Below are positions 1-10,795 of a DNA stretch of 64,000 nt, one piece after another. Numbering within the stretch: the stretch's first letter is position 1; every line of letters begins with the position of its first letter. The DNA is from Octopus vulgaris. Taxonomy: Eukaryota. A program made the position numbers and the translations under genes. The DNA lies in NCBI GenBank assembly GCA_951406725.2, contig OX597837.1, forward strand, positions 37,634,001-37,698,000, in the 5' to 3' direction. Below the pieces are notes generated by a model. That model worked only from the letters and a program-made list of their open reading frames with translations, was not told the origin of the DNA and did not search any database.

Positions 1-56
1 GATATATATATAATTGTATATCAACCATCCATGCAGCTTATATATATATATAACGG

Positions 57-256
57 CCACAGTCGAATGGTGCTTTTTACGTGCCACCGGCACAGAGGCC
101 CGTCGGGGTGGCGCTGGCAACGGCCACGTTCGGATGGTTCGCTTACGTGCCACCGGCACTGGTATCACAGCTACAATTTCCATTGATGTTAGTCGATTTC
201 GATTTCAATTCTGATTCTGATTCTCGCTTGCCTCAACAGGTCTTCACAAGTAGAGT
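57..256 (-). mobile_element. Fragment of an RTE-type SINE/LINE 3' region (same family as 61913-62290)
   Basis: Near-identical to 62063-62235 (ttttacgtgccaccggcac...cttgcctcaacaggtcttcacaagtagag). Confidence 0.6.
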
Positions 257-774
257 ACCATTGCTGAATATCTCTCGTTGTGAGATTTTAAAAAATGGTA
301 ATTTTCTAACGAAGAGACGTGTCCTTGATAAACCATTTATTTTACAGAAATCTGAACATTGATGCTTAAGAGGAAAAGAGGGGAAAATATATTTGTCAGC
401 AGGAAGGGTGACAGCTCAAGATACAAGATAACAAACACATTTGCTAAATTGCGACAGATTTCTATTTATTTATAAATCACAGTAAAAAAAACAACAGTTC
501 TGTGAAAATAAACAGTGCAGGATGTCGCCATAGCAACGAATGTGTATCACACATGGTCATTTTACGCGCATAAATTAAGGAAACATTTTGAGATAAGTGG
601 CTGATCTAAAAATAAAAAAGCATCATCCTGTAACATTGTCTCAAAATAAATTATTTCAGGGTTAATTTCTGAGTAAACACTGCCATTCTGGATTTCACCA
701 CAGAATTTGTTTAAAAGTGGTTTCTTTCAATGGTCAGCTGACAAACTTAAAATAGCTTACAAGCGATACAGGAA

Positions 775-1135
775 GTGCGTGTGTGTGTGTGTGGGTGTAT
801 GTGTGTGGGTGTATGTGTGTGTGTGTGTAAGGGAGAGAGAGAGAGAAAGAGAGAGAGAGAGATTTCCTACCTTTCTTACTCTGTATGCATATATATGTAT
901 ACACACAAGTACACCCACTCACATTCACATATCTATGCATATACAAGTATATACATGTATACACACACACACAAATAAACAAGTCTATATGTGCATACAT
1001 ACATACACACATATATGTATATATTATATACATACATACAAATACACTTATAGTTAGAAATGTATGTATATATGTATATACATACATACATATATATATA
1101 TACACATATATATATAAATATTAATAATAATAATG
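775..1135. repeat. Compound microsatellite (GT)n/(GA)n/(TA,CA)n
   Basis: Directly visible; source of several spurious ORFs. Confidence 0.95.
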
Positions 1136-1430
1136 GAGGCGCAATGGCCTAGTGGTTAGGGCAGCGGACTCGCAGTCGCAGGATTGCGGTTTCGATTCCC
1201 AGACCAGGCGTTGTGAGTGTTTATTGAGCGAAAACACCTAAAAGCTCCACGAAGCTCGGGCAGGGGGTGGTGGTGATCCCTGCTGTACTCTTCCACCACT
1301 CTATCTTCTGTTGGCCTGCTCACTTAGCCAGCGGGGTGGCGTCATTCGAAGGCTAAAACAATGCGAACGCATTGTGACCAGCGATGTGTAACAACATCTG
1401 ACGGTCTGGTCGGTCACGTGATCACGTGAT
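1135..1430 (+). mobile_element. tRNA-derived SINE, family B (head ggaggcgcaatggcc...)
   Basis: A-box-like tggcctagtgg and B-box-like gtttcgattcc; the same head occurs at 6976 and 62856. Confidence 0.85.
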
Positions 1431-1725
1431 ATATAAATAATATATATGCATATATACATACGTATATGTATATACTTACATATATATGTATATACACATG
1501 CATATGTGGGTACAGGACATCACAGAATGTAAACAACAAAAAATACGAATACAAGGAATATGAACTCATTTTGCGAACAATGAAGTCCCGTAAAGGGAAT
1601 CACACTACCGCTATTTAGCCCTAGGAAGCATCGACGCTTCCTGTCGGCTTTCACACATTTCCCGTGTCCTTATATTTGCAAAGGGGAGGCAAACACCCCC
1701 ACCAGCTAGTATTAGCACCTGAAGA

Positions 1726-1763
1726 CCTGCATGTTTCTGAGCCTTGCTCGTCATCAGTGCAGG
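1726..1763 (-). ncRNA. Degenerate minimal hammerhead-ribozyme-like motif in a probable Penelope-like remnant
   Basis: Minus strand reads cctgca-CTGATGA-c-gagc-aag-gctc-a-GAAA-ca-tgcagg. Core boxes and stems I/II are present; stem III and the cleavage triplet look deleted. Confidence 0.45.
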
Positions 1764-1964
1764 GTAGTAAGTCCTGCTAGCTGAGATGGCTGCAACCGCT
1801 TTGCAAATATATAATATTTTCAGTGAAATTTATTCACTGATCACCAAAATTAGAAATATTGAATTTCTAAATGTCTCAGAGAGACATGAGCGATGGTGGG
1901 GCGATATAGTGGTTGTATACTGTCAACTCAACGTGACTGTCACGTTGAGTTGACAGCATACAAC

Positions 1965-2000
<36 letters not shown>

Positions 2001-2001
<1 letters not shown>

Positions 2002-2296
2002 GGAGTAAACACATAAATGTGAAACAAGGTGGGAAAAAGAGTACTCAAATACCAGTGGTAGAGTAATATGCTTTATTTTAAGCAGCAGAAAATTCAACAA
2101 AATCTGTTACTCTGAGTTTCTCATTGCCGTTCATCAGACAGTTTTTGCTAGAAAAAACTGTCTGATGAACGGCAACGAGAAACTCAGAGTAACAGATTTT
2201 GTTGAATTTTCTGCTGCTTAAAATAAAGCATATTACTCTACCACTGGTATTTGAGTACTCTTTTCCCACCTTGTTTCACATTTATGTGTTTACTCC

Positions 2297-2297
<1 letters not shown>
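2001..2297. mobile_element. 297-bp near-perfect palindrome (inverted Penelope-like terminal repeats) with a hammerhead motif in each arm, embedded in (TA)n
   Basis: 2001-2146 is the reverse complement of 2153-2297 with about 2 differences. Each arm carries CTGATGA...GAAA-CTCAGAG-TA. Confidence 0.75.
2153..2200 (+). ncRNA. Minimal type I hammerhead ribozyme motif
   Basis: ctgt-CTGATGA-a-cg-gcaa-cg-a-GAAA-ctc-a-gag-TA-acag: stem I ctgt/acag, GNRA-capped stem II, quasi-palindromic stem III, GUA cleavage triplet. Confidence 0.6.
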
Positions 2298-2380
<83 letters not shown>

Positions 2381-2486
2381 AGCGTAGAGTGCAGATAACA
2401 CCAGGATAAACAAGGGTTTATCAGGAACCAATGCAAATAATTAGAAAATGGAGAAAACCATAGATTAAGCAACACATCTGTTGGAC

Positions 2487-2529
<43 letters not shown>

Positions 2530-2530
<1 letters not shown>

Positions 2531-2643
2531 GGAGTAAACACATAAATGTGAAACAAGGTGGAAAAGCAAAAACTGTCTGATGAACGGCAACGAGAAACTC
2601 AGAGTAACAGATTTTGTTGAATTTTCTGCTGCTTTAAATAAAG

Positions 2644-2645
<2 letters not shown>
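2530..2645 (+). mobile_element. Internally deleted third copy of the Penelope-like/hammerhead element
   Basis: Joins the outer left arm (cggagtaaacac...) to the inner right arm (aaaaactgtctgatga...); flanked by (TA)n. Confidence 0.7.
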
Positions 2646-2675
<30 letters not shown>

Positions 2676-3325
2676 GAGTTAGCGGTTATAGTAACCGACT
2701 AAGGGATAAAATATCCGTATATACTATCGGTATCCGTTACCTGTATTATTTTCCTGGGCATTGGTGTGCAGGCACACCATACACGTAGAGTGCAGATAAC
2801 ACCATGGCATTACGGAGGTCCTGTTGCTGGATGCCTGTATCCCTGGAGATTACCATCAGGGTCAATATATGTGTTGGACCACATTTATAGTTTATGTTTT
2901 AATACAAAGCATGACATAACAAAATGGGTGACGTAACATATTTTTTACGGCCTTTACTAATCAGTTTGCCAAAATGCCGTCTATATTTAAATGCGAGTAT
3001 AAAATTCTACACAAACCCTAACCCTAACCCTCCATATATAAAAAAAAACCCACTTTCTTGAAATGTATCCGGTACTTACACACCGGTACTTATACCGAAG
3101 TTACGCCAAATTCTTCATCATCATAGGGCATTCGAATTAAGGCAACGGATCTTCATTAGAGGGAAACACAAGAGCATACAATTTAAACAAATGGAAGAAG
3201 GAAAAGGAAAGAAAACATGGCTTAGATAAGTAGTCTAGAAGCTCAATATGTTAAGAGCAAATAAATACTTACCATCAGGGTTACAGGGTCGGTAGGTAAA
3301 AGAGTGAATTAGTAAAGGTCTAAGG

Positions 3326-3637
3326 CAGTGGTTTTCAACCAGGGGTTCCGCCAGCACAGTCCAGGGGTTCCGCAAGAAGTTGCAAAACTGCTAAAATCGG
3401 CAGTAATTTTTTATTTTCCTGTGCAGATATTCTTTTACTTGTTTCAGTCATTTGACTGCGGCCATGCTGGAGCACCGCCTTTAATCGAGCAACTCGACCC
3501 CGGGACTTATTCTTTTTTTGTAAGCCCAGTACTTATTCTATCGGTCTCCTTTTGCCGAACCGCTAAGTAACGGGGACATAAACACACCAGCATCGGTTGT
3601 CAAGCAATGCTAGAGGGACAAACACCAGACACACAAA

Positions 3638-3677
<40 letters not shown>

Positions 3678-3846
3678 CATATATACGATGGGCTTCTTTC
3701 AGTTTCCGTCTACCAAATCCACTCACAAGGCTTTGGTCGGCCTTGATACGTGTGCATAAAACTATCAAATTATTGCACAGGGGTTCCTCGAGCCAGTGGA
3801 ATGTTTCCTTGGGGTTCCGCTCCAGCAAAAAGTTTGAAAAGCACTG
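3326..3846. mobile_element. hAT (Charlie-like) MITE interrupted by a SINE
   Basis: TIRs cagtggttttcaa / ttgaaaagcactg; perfect 8-bp TSD gtctaagg (3318-3325 and 3847-3854); uninterrupted relative at 20604-20822. Confidence 0.85.
3431..3742 (-). mobile_element. SINE family C, 5'-truncated, nested in the hAT MITE
   Basis: Reverse complement of the 3' part of 15920-16340; internal (TA)n; flanks gatat/gatac resemble a short TSD. Confidence 0.8.
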
Positions 3847-4604
3847 GTCTAAGGGAATGCTACAATTTATTAACGGGTAGGAGCAATTTTAAGGGGTGGA
3901 GGGTCAGGGTGTTTAAAAAGAAAAGAAGTTATCAAGAAACTATATATAAGGAAAATACTGACATGGTTATCAAAGGGCAGTACCTATGTTAACGGAGTAA
4001 ACTCAAGTAAAAGTAAATAATTATTGAAGGGAGCCAAAGAAAAGAATTTACTCACAGAAATTAATTCAGAGAATTCCACCTGTGGTCCACAATGGGGCGA
4101 GTCTAAGTCCTGCGGTCTCTACAATTGGTCAGTTATAATTTGAACCGGGGCCACAAGTTAAGACCGTTAGAAATGGTTCATTTATGAAATAAACAAGAAA
4201 AGAGAAGAAAAAAAAAGAGAAAAAAAATACGCGGGAGAAGTCAATGAATAAATATCGAGGGCCGTTTATGTCGTTCAACATCTTAAAGGTTATAAAATGC
4301 AGGAGGGAAGAAGACTTAGGGAGTCTGCGGTTTAGTGGTTAAGGGGAGATAACTAGTAATGGTAATGCAACGGTTAGATGGACACTGCTAGGAATGAAAT
4401 TGGGCTAAACCTTTATTGCTTCATTACGTTTCGAGTTCAAAACCCGTCGAGGTTACCTTTGTCTTCCATCTTTTTGTGAGTAACGAAATAAAAAATCACT
4501 AGTCAAGTACTAAAATCGAGTGAAAAGATCCTAAAATATAAATCACGCCTAATCTATTCTGGGTTCAATCTCAGATAAATCCGCAATGCTCGGATTTTCA
4601 GACG

Positions 4605-4749
4605 AAATATCTTACAAACTATAGAATTTTCTCAATAAAACCAAGAGAAAATGATGTTTTATAAACACATTCTACCAGTATACGAAGTTCAAAAGTGTTT
4701 AGTTAACTAGGAATTGTGTTGACATCTGCCGTTCAAAAGGAAAAGATCC
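4605..4749. mobile_element. Terminal fragment of the GG-ended (Merlin-like) MITE
   Basis: Matches 7540-7684 and ends ctgccgttcaaaaggaaaagatcc. Confidence 0.65.
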
Positions 4750-5681
4750 CAATATACTCTTCGTTTGCAGACGATCTTCAGTTCGCAGACGATCTTCGGT
4801 TCGCAGACGATCTTCAGGCAGCCATGTTTTCACTGGGCTTTTCTACGGCTGATAACTATCAGTTAGTCGCCTCACCTGACGGATATATTAAGGTTTCTTA
4901 CTTTTTCTCTCTCGGTGGCAACTGTCCGTCGATTTCCGTAAAAAAAAATTTTTTTTTACATATGGGCTTGCGGGAACTTTTGAAGTAATGAGAGCGAAAG
5001 AGACTAAGACAAACTCTTTCGATTCTTTGACAAACCGGCTACACAACACCCATGATTTATTCACCCTACCAGTAATGTTCCCTTGTGTGAAGAGAAGAGT
5101 ATATGTAAAAAAAAAAAAAAAAATTTACGGAAATCGACGGAAAGGTCTACTAGAGACGAAAGATCGCCAAGGTTTCTTTCTTTTTCTCTCTCTCGGTGGC
5201 AACGGGTAGGATTTGTGAATTCAGAGCTCACAGAAACAGAACAACAGAAATCACAAACTATCTCTCTCGACTCTTTAACAAACCGGCTAATCAACACCGA
5301 TGATTTATTCACCCTACCAGTAATGTTCCCTCAAAAAGTTTCGTTGTGTTTGTGAGTGGAGTATGTACACAACCATAAGATTTATGCTCGTTCACATTTC
5401 TTCAATTAAATTCGATTTCATCCAGTGACGTAGCTTGGGAAGGGAGCGGTCTGCCTCAAACGACGCTTTTATAGAGGAAGGTACATTTGGCTCAAGCTTG
5501 GAGGTCCGGCGGGTGTGCGAGGTGGTGGTAAACTCAAAGGCTGCTTCGGGTGGCATACACTCTAGCTACGCCACTGATTTCATCTTAAAAATCTCATTCG
5601 CGCTCATCCCCCACCTCACTTTTTTGTGTGCAAATCGTAAAATATGTGCACGAGCGCGAGTACAAGCATATTAGCTTAAAG

Positions 5682-5850
5682 CAGTGCTTCGCAACCATTA
5701 TGCTGCGGCACGCGGCACACTGGTGTGCCGTAGTGTAACCTGAATATATTTTCCCCCTATACTTTTAGTTTTATTTTTAGTTCAGGTGTGTCGCCGAATT
5801 TTGAAAAGAGTATAAGAATACCGCGAGTGGTAAAAGGTTTCGGAGCATTG
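5682..5850. mobile_element. hAT-type MITE
   Basis: Imperfect TIRs cagtgcttcg / cggagcattg; 8-bp TSD gcttaaag/gcttagag. Confidence 0.65.
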
Positions 5851-5950
5851 GCTTAGAGAGAACACTGCCCACAGGGATAAAAAACAAAGTTGACTACTGA
5901 GAGGATTCGATCTCGGAGCGTTGAGAATCGGAACCAATACTATACAACTT

Positions 5951-6358
5951 GGATCTTTTCGGTTTGAACGGCAGTTTTTTTAAATAATTTCCACGTAACT
6001 AAACACTTTTAAATTTCGTATACTGGTAAAATGTGTTTATAAAACATCTTTTTCTCTTGGCTTTATTGAGAAAATTCTATAGTTTGTAAGATATTTGTTG
6101 TCTTTTTTTCTTCAGTTTCTGCAATTTCAACCAATCAATGACGTCTATTGAGGTAAAAAAAATTCTGTGCCGTATGAATATGTCCCTCGTTTAAGAAACA
6201 GATTGGGTTTATTTACATTTGTGAAGAAAAATAAGATACCCTTCCCCTAACCCTAAAACAGATTGAAATGTAATAGATCGATACCAGGGTCATAATTATG
6301 GGTGACAATTTCATATGACACCGCTAGAAAAACACTGCCGTTCAAACCGAAAAGACCC
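5951..6358. mobile_element. ~410-bp MITE with GG-ended ~30-bp TIRs and 8-bp TSD (Merlin-like)
   Basis: TIR ggatcttttcggtttgaacggcagt; TSD tacaactt on both sides; internal ccctaaccctaa. Confidence 0.8.
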
Positions 6359-6429
6359 TACAACTTTCTATCAGACGCCCCAAGGACTCTCCCATGTCCA
6401 CGTCTTTTAATATAATTATTTCTTTTCAC

Positions 6430-6625
6430 GATAGGCACAAGACCAAAAATTTTGCGGAGAGAGGCTAATCGATTACACCGATCCCAGTGCTCAACGGGTA
6501 TTTATTTTGTGGACCCCGAAAATATGAAAGGCGAAGTCGACCTCAGCGGAATTTGAACTCAGAACGTAAAGACATGTCTCTAAGCAATTTGTTTAATGCG
6601 CTAACGCTTCTGCAAGCTCGCTGTC
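6430..6625 (-). mobile_element. SINE family A, diverged
   Basis: Reverse complement of the family A consensus (aagtcgacctcagcggaatttgaactcagaacgt). Confidence 0.75.
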
Positions 6626-6709
6626 TTCTCTTTTAATATGATTAATGATATTTAATATACTTAGTAATATTGGAAATCTATTAGTATATTTAATATATTT
6701 ATTAGTGTC

Positions 6710-6965
6710 TGGAAATCTAATCCTCTGCGCAAAACTAAAATAGATTTCTTCAGAGGCTGCAGTGGAAGCAATTTTGGTTTATGGTTCGATAACATGGGAA
6801 CCTACAGCTCTCATGAAGAAACATCTAAATGGCACGTACACCAGAATGATACGTGCTGTTCTAAATATATCGTCACATGACGAACAGTGAGCTATCCGAA
6901 GATATCTCGTATATATCAGAGAAACGATACAAAAAACAGAAGCCGAGGTTTATTGGTCACTGCTG
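6710..6965 (+). mobile_element. Degraded RTE-clade LINE ORF2 fragment
   Basis: Frameshifted translation includes YGSITW...KHLNGTYTRMIRAVLNIS, resembling the RTE C-terminal LYGSETW...RMLR motif. Confidence 0.55.
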
Positions 6966-6975
6966 GTATAAAAGT

Positions 6976-7268
6976 GGAGGCGCAATGGCCCAGTGGTTAG
7001 GGCAGCGGACTCGCGGTCGGAGGATCGCGGTTTCGATTCCCAGGCCGGGCGTCGTGTGTGTTTATTGAGCGAAAACACCTAAAAGCTCCACGAGGCTCCG
7101 GCAGTGGGTAGTGGCGACCCCTGTTGTACTCTTTCGCCCCAACTTTCTCTCACTCTCTCTTCCTGTTTCTTGAGTAACGCTGCGTTGGACTGGCGTCCCA
7201 CCCAGCTGGGGGGAACACATACCCCACAGAAACCGGACCCATGAGCCTGGCTAGGCTTGAAAAGGCCG
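6976..7268 (+). mobile_element. SINE family B head with a different 3' body, cut by the adjacent MITE
   Basis: Head matches 1135 and 62856; 3' part is unrelated to both. Confidence 0.8.
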
Positions 7269-7684
7269 GGATCTTTTCGGTTTGAGCGGCAGTTTGTTCT
7301 AGCGGTGTCATATGAAATTGTTACCCATAATTATGACCCTAGTATCGATCTATTGCATTTCAATCTGTTTTAGGGTTAGGGTTAGGGGTGGAGGGGAGGG
7401 TATCTTTTTTTTTCTTCACAAATGTAAATAAACCCAATCTGTTTCTTAAACGAGGGACACGGCACAGACTGTTTTTACCTCAATAGACGTCATTGATTGG
7501 TTGAAATTGCAGAAATTGAATTAAAAAAAAACAACAACAAATATCTTACAAACTATAGAATTTTCTCAATAAAGCCAAGAGAAAAAGATGTTTTATAAAC
7601 ACATTCTACCAGTATACGAAGTTTAAAAGTGTTTAGTTACGTGGAATTTTTTAAAAAAAACTGCCGTTCAAACCGAAAAGATCC
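7269..7684. mobile_element. Merlin-like MITE, inverted relative to 5951-6358
   Basis: Both TIRs present; internal ttagggttagggttaggg; flanks aaaggccg and tattgcag do not match, so no TSD. Confidence 0.8.
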
Positions 7685-7699
7685 TATTGCAGGAGTAGC

Positions 7700-8755
7700 C
7701 TAGCCCATTACATCAACCTCATTACTCAGCTGGTACTTAATTTATTGACCTCGAAAGGTTGAAAGGCAAAACCGACCTCGGCGGAATTTGAACTCAGAAC
7801 ATTAAGGCAGGCGAAATGCCGCTAATCATTTTGCCTAGCGTGCTGAGCATTCTGTCAGCTTACCACCCTAAATTAATTATATTTTATCGGTGACATATTT
7901 ACCATTTTCATTACTATTATTTACTTTAATAAAAATACATTAAATAATTCCGAGACAACGGAAAAAAAAGAAAACATAATTCACTATAACGGCATATCGG
8001 ACACGAAATTGCCGTTATTTTAGAAGTTAGCTGTATGTTATTTTATTGACCCCGAAAGGACAAAAGCAACAAAATTAACCTCAGGATTTGAACTCAGAAC
8101 GTTGAGTGCCATAACTAAATGTCCCCCCCCCCCATCACTAATGCATTTTGTACGAAACTTTAATGATTCTGACAATCCACTCCCGCCACCCGTACCAGTT
8201 CTCAATATTGGTTTCAGTCGACCTCGGTGCAATTTGAACTCAAAACGTAAAGACGGACGAAATACCGCTAAACATTTTTGCCCGGCGTGCTAACTGTTCT
8301 GCCATCTCACCCACTATATTCAAATTTTAGCACAACACCAGCAATTTCGGGGAAGGGTTTAAGTCGATTACATCGACTTCAGTACTCAACCGGTACTTAT
8401 TTTATTGACCCCCAAAAGGAATGAGAGGGAAAGTGAGCCTCGGCGGAATTTGAACTCAGAACGCGAAGATGGCCAAAATGGTTCTGCTGGCTCGCCGCCT
8501 TTACCACCACTTTTCAATAACAACGGGTGAAAACATGGCAGCAAGCAAGCAGAACCTTTATTAACACGTCGGGGGGAAATGCTTAGCAGTATTTCGTCCA
8601 TCTTTACGTTTCGAGTTCAATTTCCGCTGAGGTCGACTTTGTCTTTCATCCATTCGGGGACGGTAAAATAAGTTTCAGTTGAACACTGCGGGGAGATGTA
8701 ATCGACTTACTCACTCCCCTGAAATTGCTGGCCTTGTGCCAAAATTTTGAACCAA
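7700..8755. mobile_element. Cluster of about five old family A SINE copies or fragments in both orientations
   Basis: Repeated gacctcggcggaatttgaactcagaac and its reverse complement near 7775, 8080, 8220, 8437 and 8610. Confidence 0.75.
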
Positions 8756-10795
8756 TGTTAATGGTTTAAATAGATCAGAAAAGTGCACCCTGGGAAAAAT
8801 GTCAAGGAAGTTGTTTATCAAATACGTCCAAAGATCAAATCTTCCAGGCGTTGTCTTTCATCAAAGGGACCGCTTATGCACTGGAAAAGTTGATGTTAGT
8901 CGCCTACACTTTCTTTGCTGCACATGCACACACACACAAATTGTTATATTGTGCCATGCACAATCAATCATCGTGGTTGAATTTCCAGTGTTCTGGCAGG
9001 ACAGATTCGATACTTCCTACCAACTAAAGAAAAATCAAATGTCAGGACTTGGTCAACGTGGGCCTTGTTTAGGAATGGCACGCAGCCTCATCTCCTGTTG
9101 AAGCCGGCTACTGCGGCTTTCCAGCTAGATCGATGGGTTATTTTCAGTAGAAGATGTTATGTGTAGTTTGGGTTCTAATGGGAAAGACAACCAAATGAAA
9201 ACCATCGTTATTGTTTACGTGTTTTATTTTCATTACTTGATACACGGACGACTACATTACAGCGTAGTAATACATTATATACTTTACACACAGTTTGTAC
9301 TGTTCACTAACAAATAGTACCAAGAGTGGGGATGTGGTTTGGCATACGCAAACACATACATATGAATGTGTAACAGAAGATGAGTCTGGAGCTGAGACAA
9401 CCTAAGAAAGCCTCCAAAGAGATAAGCCTGGCAGCTGAAACCAGTTCAATGCGACTGGTTGAGAAGCGACCACAGGTGGAACCTTTCTTTATGTGAAGTC
9501 TACGTCAGTCCTTGTGTTCTACTCAGGCGAAGCTTACAGGCTAAGGGGCGAAAGCTTGTGACCTTAAGACACTTGCTGATGATGCGGAGGGATTTCAAAT
9601 ATTGCGATGAATTCATAAGAACTTGTAATACATTTGTGTTGCTTCTGCAGCGGGACAAAAACATCTCCGATGCTTATCTTCTGTTTTTGTGGAAATAGCT
9701 AAATATAATTACCTTTTATTTGTGATAAACTTACTAATTAAAACGCTTAAGTAAATGTATTTTTAGGAATTCAAGGGGGCGAGGAAAGAAATCTCTTCAT
9801 TTATGTCCCGAGGGAGCAAACTCTACAGAAGGGGGCTGTCGATTCTTGAAGGTGAACGTCCGAGTTTAACGATAAACAGTGATGTTTGGGGTGGTGGTAG
9901 TGGAATGGGTCTTGTAAAAGCAAGACCAATTCTCTAAGTGGATACTGCAGCTTACGGTTAAAATAGATCAGAAAAGTGCACACTGGGAAAAATGTCAAAG
10001 AAGCTGTTTATCACATACGTCCAGAGATCAAATCTGCCAGGCGTTATCTTTCATCATTCAGAGTTGATAAAATAAGGGACCGCTTATGCACTGGAAAAGA
10101 CAGTGAATGTGACGTTCATGCTGTTACCAAAGAAATTAAGCAAGAATTTGAAGAAACAAAAAAAAGTCCGATCGAGAATAGAAATGATTTCGGTCGTTTA
10201 GTTGATAGAATATTACCGATTCTACGAACATTATCACCGAAGTTGAAGTGGAACAAATACAACAATTTATATTTTTTGCTAATTAACAAATAATTAAAAC
10301 AAACATTAAAACTAAACTAATTTGAATTTCGAGAAGTGTGAATATTTACACCCACAACTTTTTCTAGGTTTATTATTTTCTTTCAAAACAAGAATTCATT
10401 AAAAGTGAATGCGCATCTGTGCTCAAAGAAACTATGGTTGATGTCATCTGGAAATGCAACGGTCACGAGATGGTCAAGTAAATAAGTGATTGATTTAAAA
10501 TTTAAGCGATAAGAACTAGAACAAGAAAATAAAAATGGATTAAGAGATTTAACAGATTAACAAAGGCTCCGTCTCAGAAGCACTGGGCTGAATTAGTGAA
10601 CTTTAAATAAAAAAAAATTTTAGTAACGAAATATTTTTTTTTTTAGTATCGAAATAATCCGTATAACAATGGCTGCCAAGAGATTTCGATGTCATAACAA
10701 ATGGAAAAGGCTATAAGAACAAATTAACTTTTTAGAGGAGGGAATGTTCATTTTCATAGTACGAGGTTATACAATTCTTCAGCTTAAGTTTTTAA

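Noticed and set aside
1135-1215. Apparent tRNA genes (also at 6976, 49088, 51043, 62856)
   Set aside because: A and B boxes are present, but these continue into SINE bodies or lack a complete acceptor stem, so they are treated as SINE heads or relics.
3014-3032. Telomere-like ccctaaccctaaccc (also near 6245, 7370, 41512, 42604)
   Set aside because: Only 2-3 units, mostly inside the MITE; not a chromosome end.
9976-10293. 105-aa ORF and the ~140-bp duplicate at 8760-8890 / 9955-10100
   Set aside because: No recognisable domain, and the duplicate copy is in a different frame, so this is more likely an old repeat.
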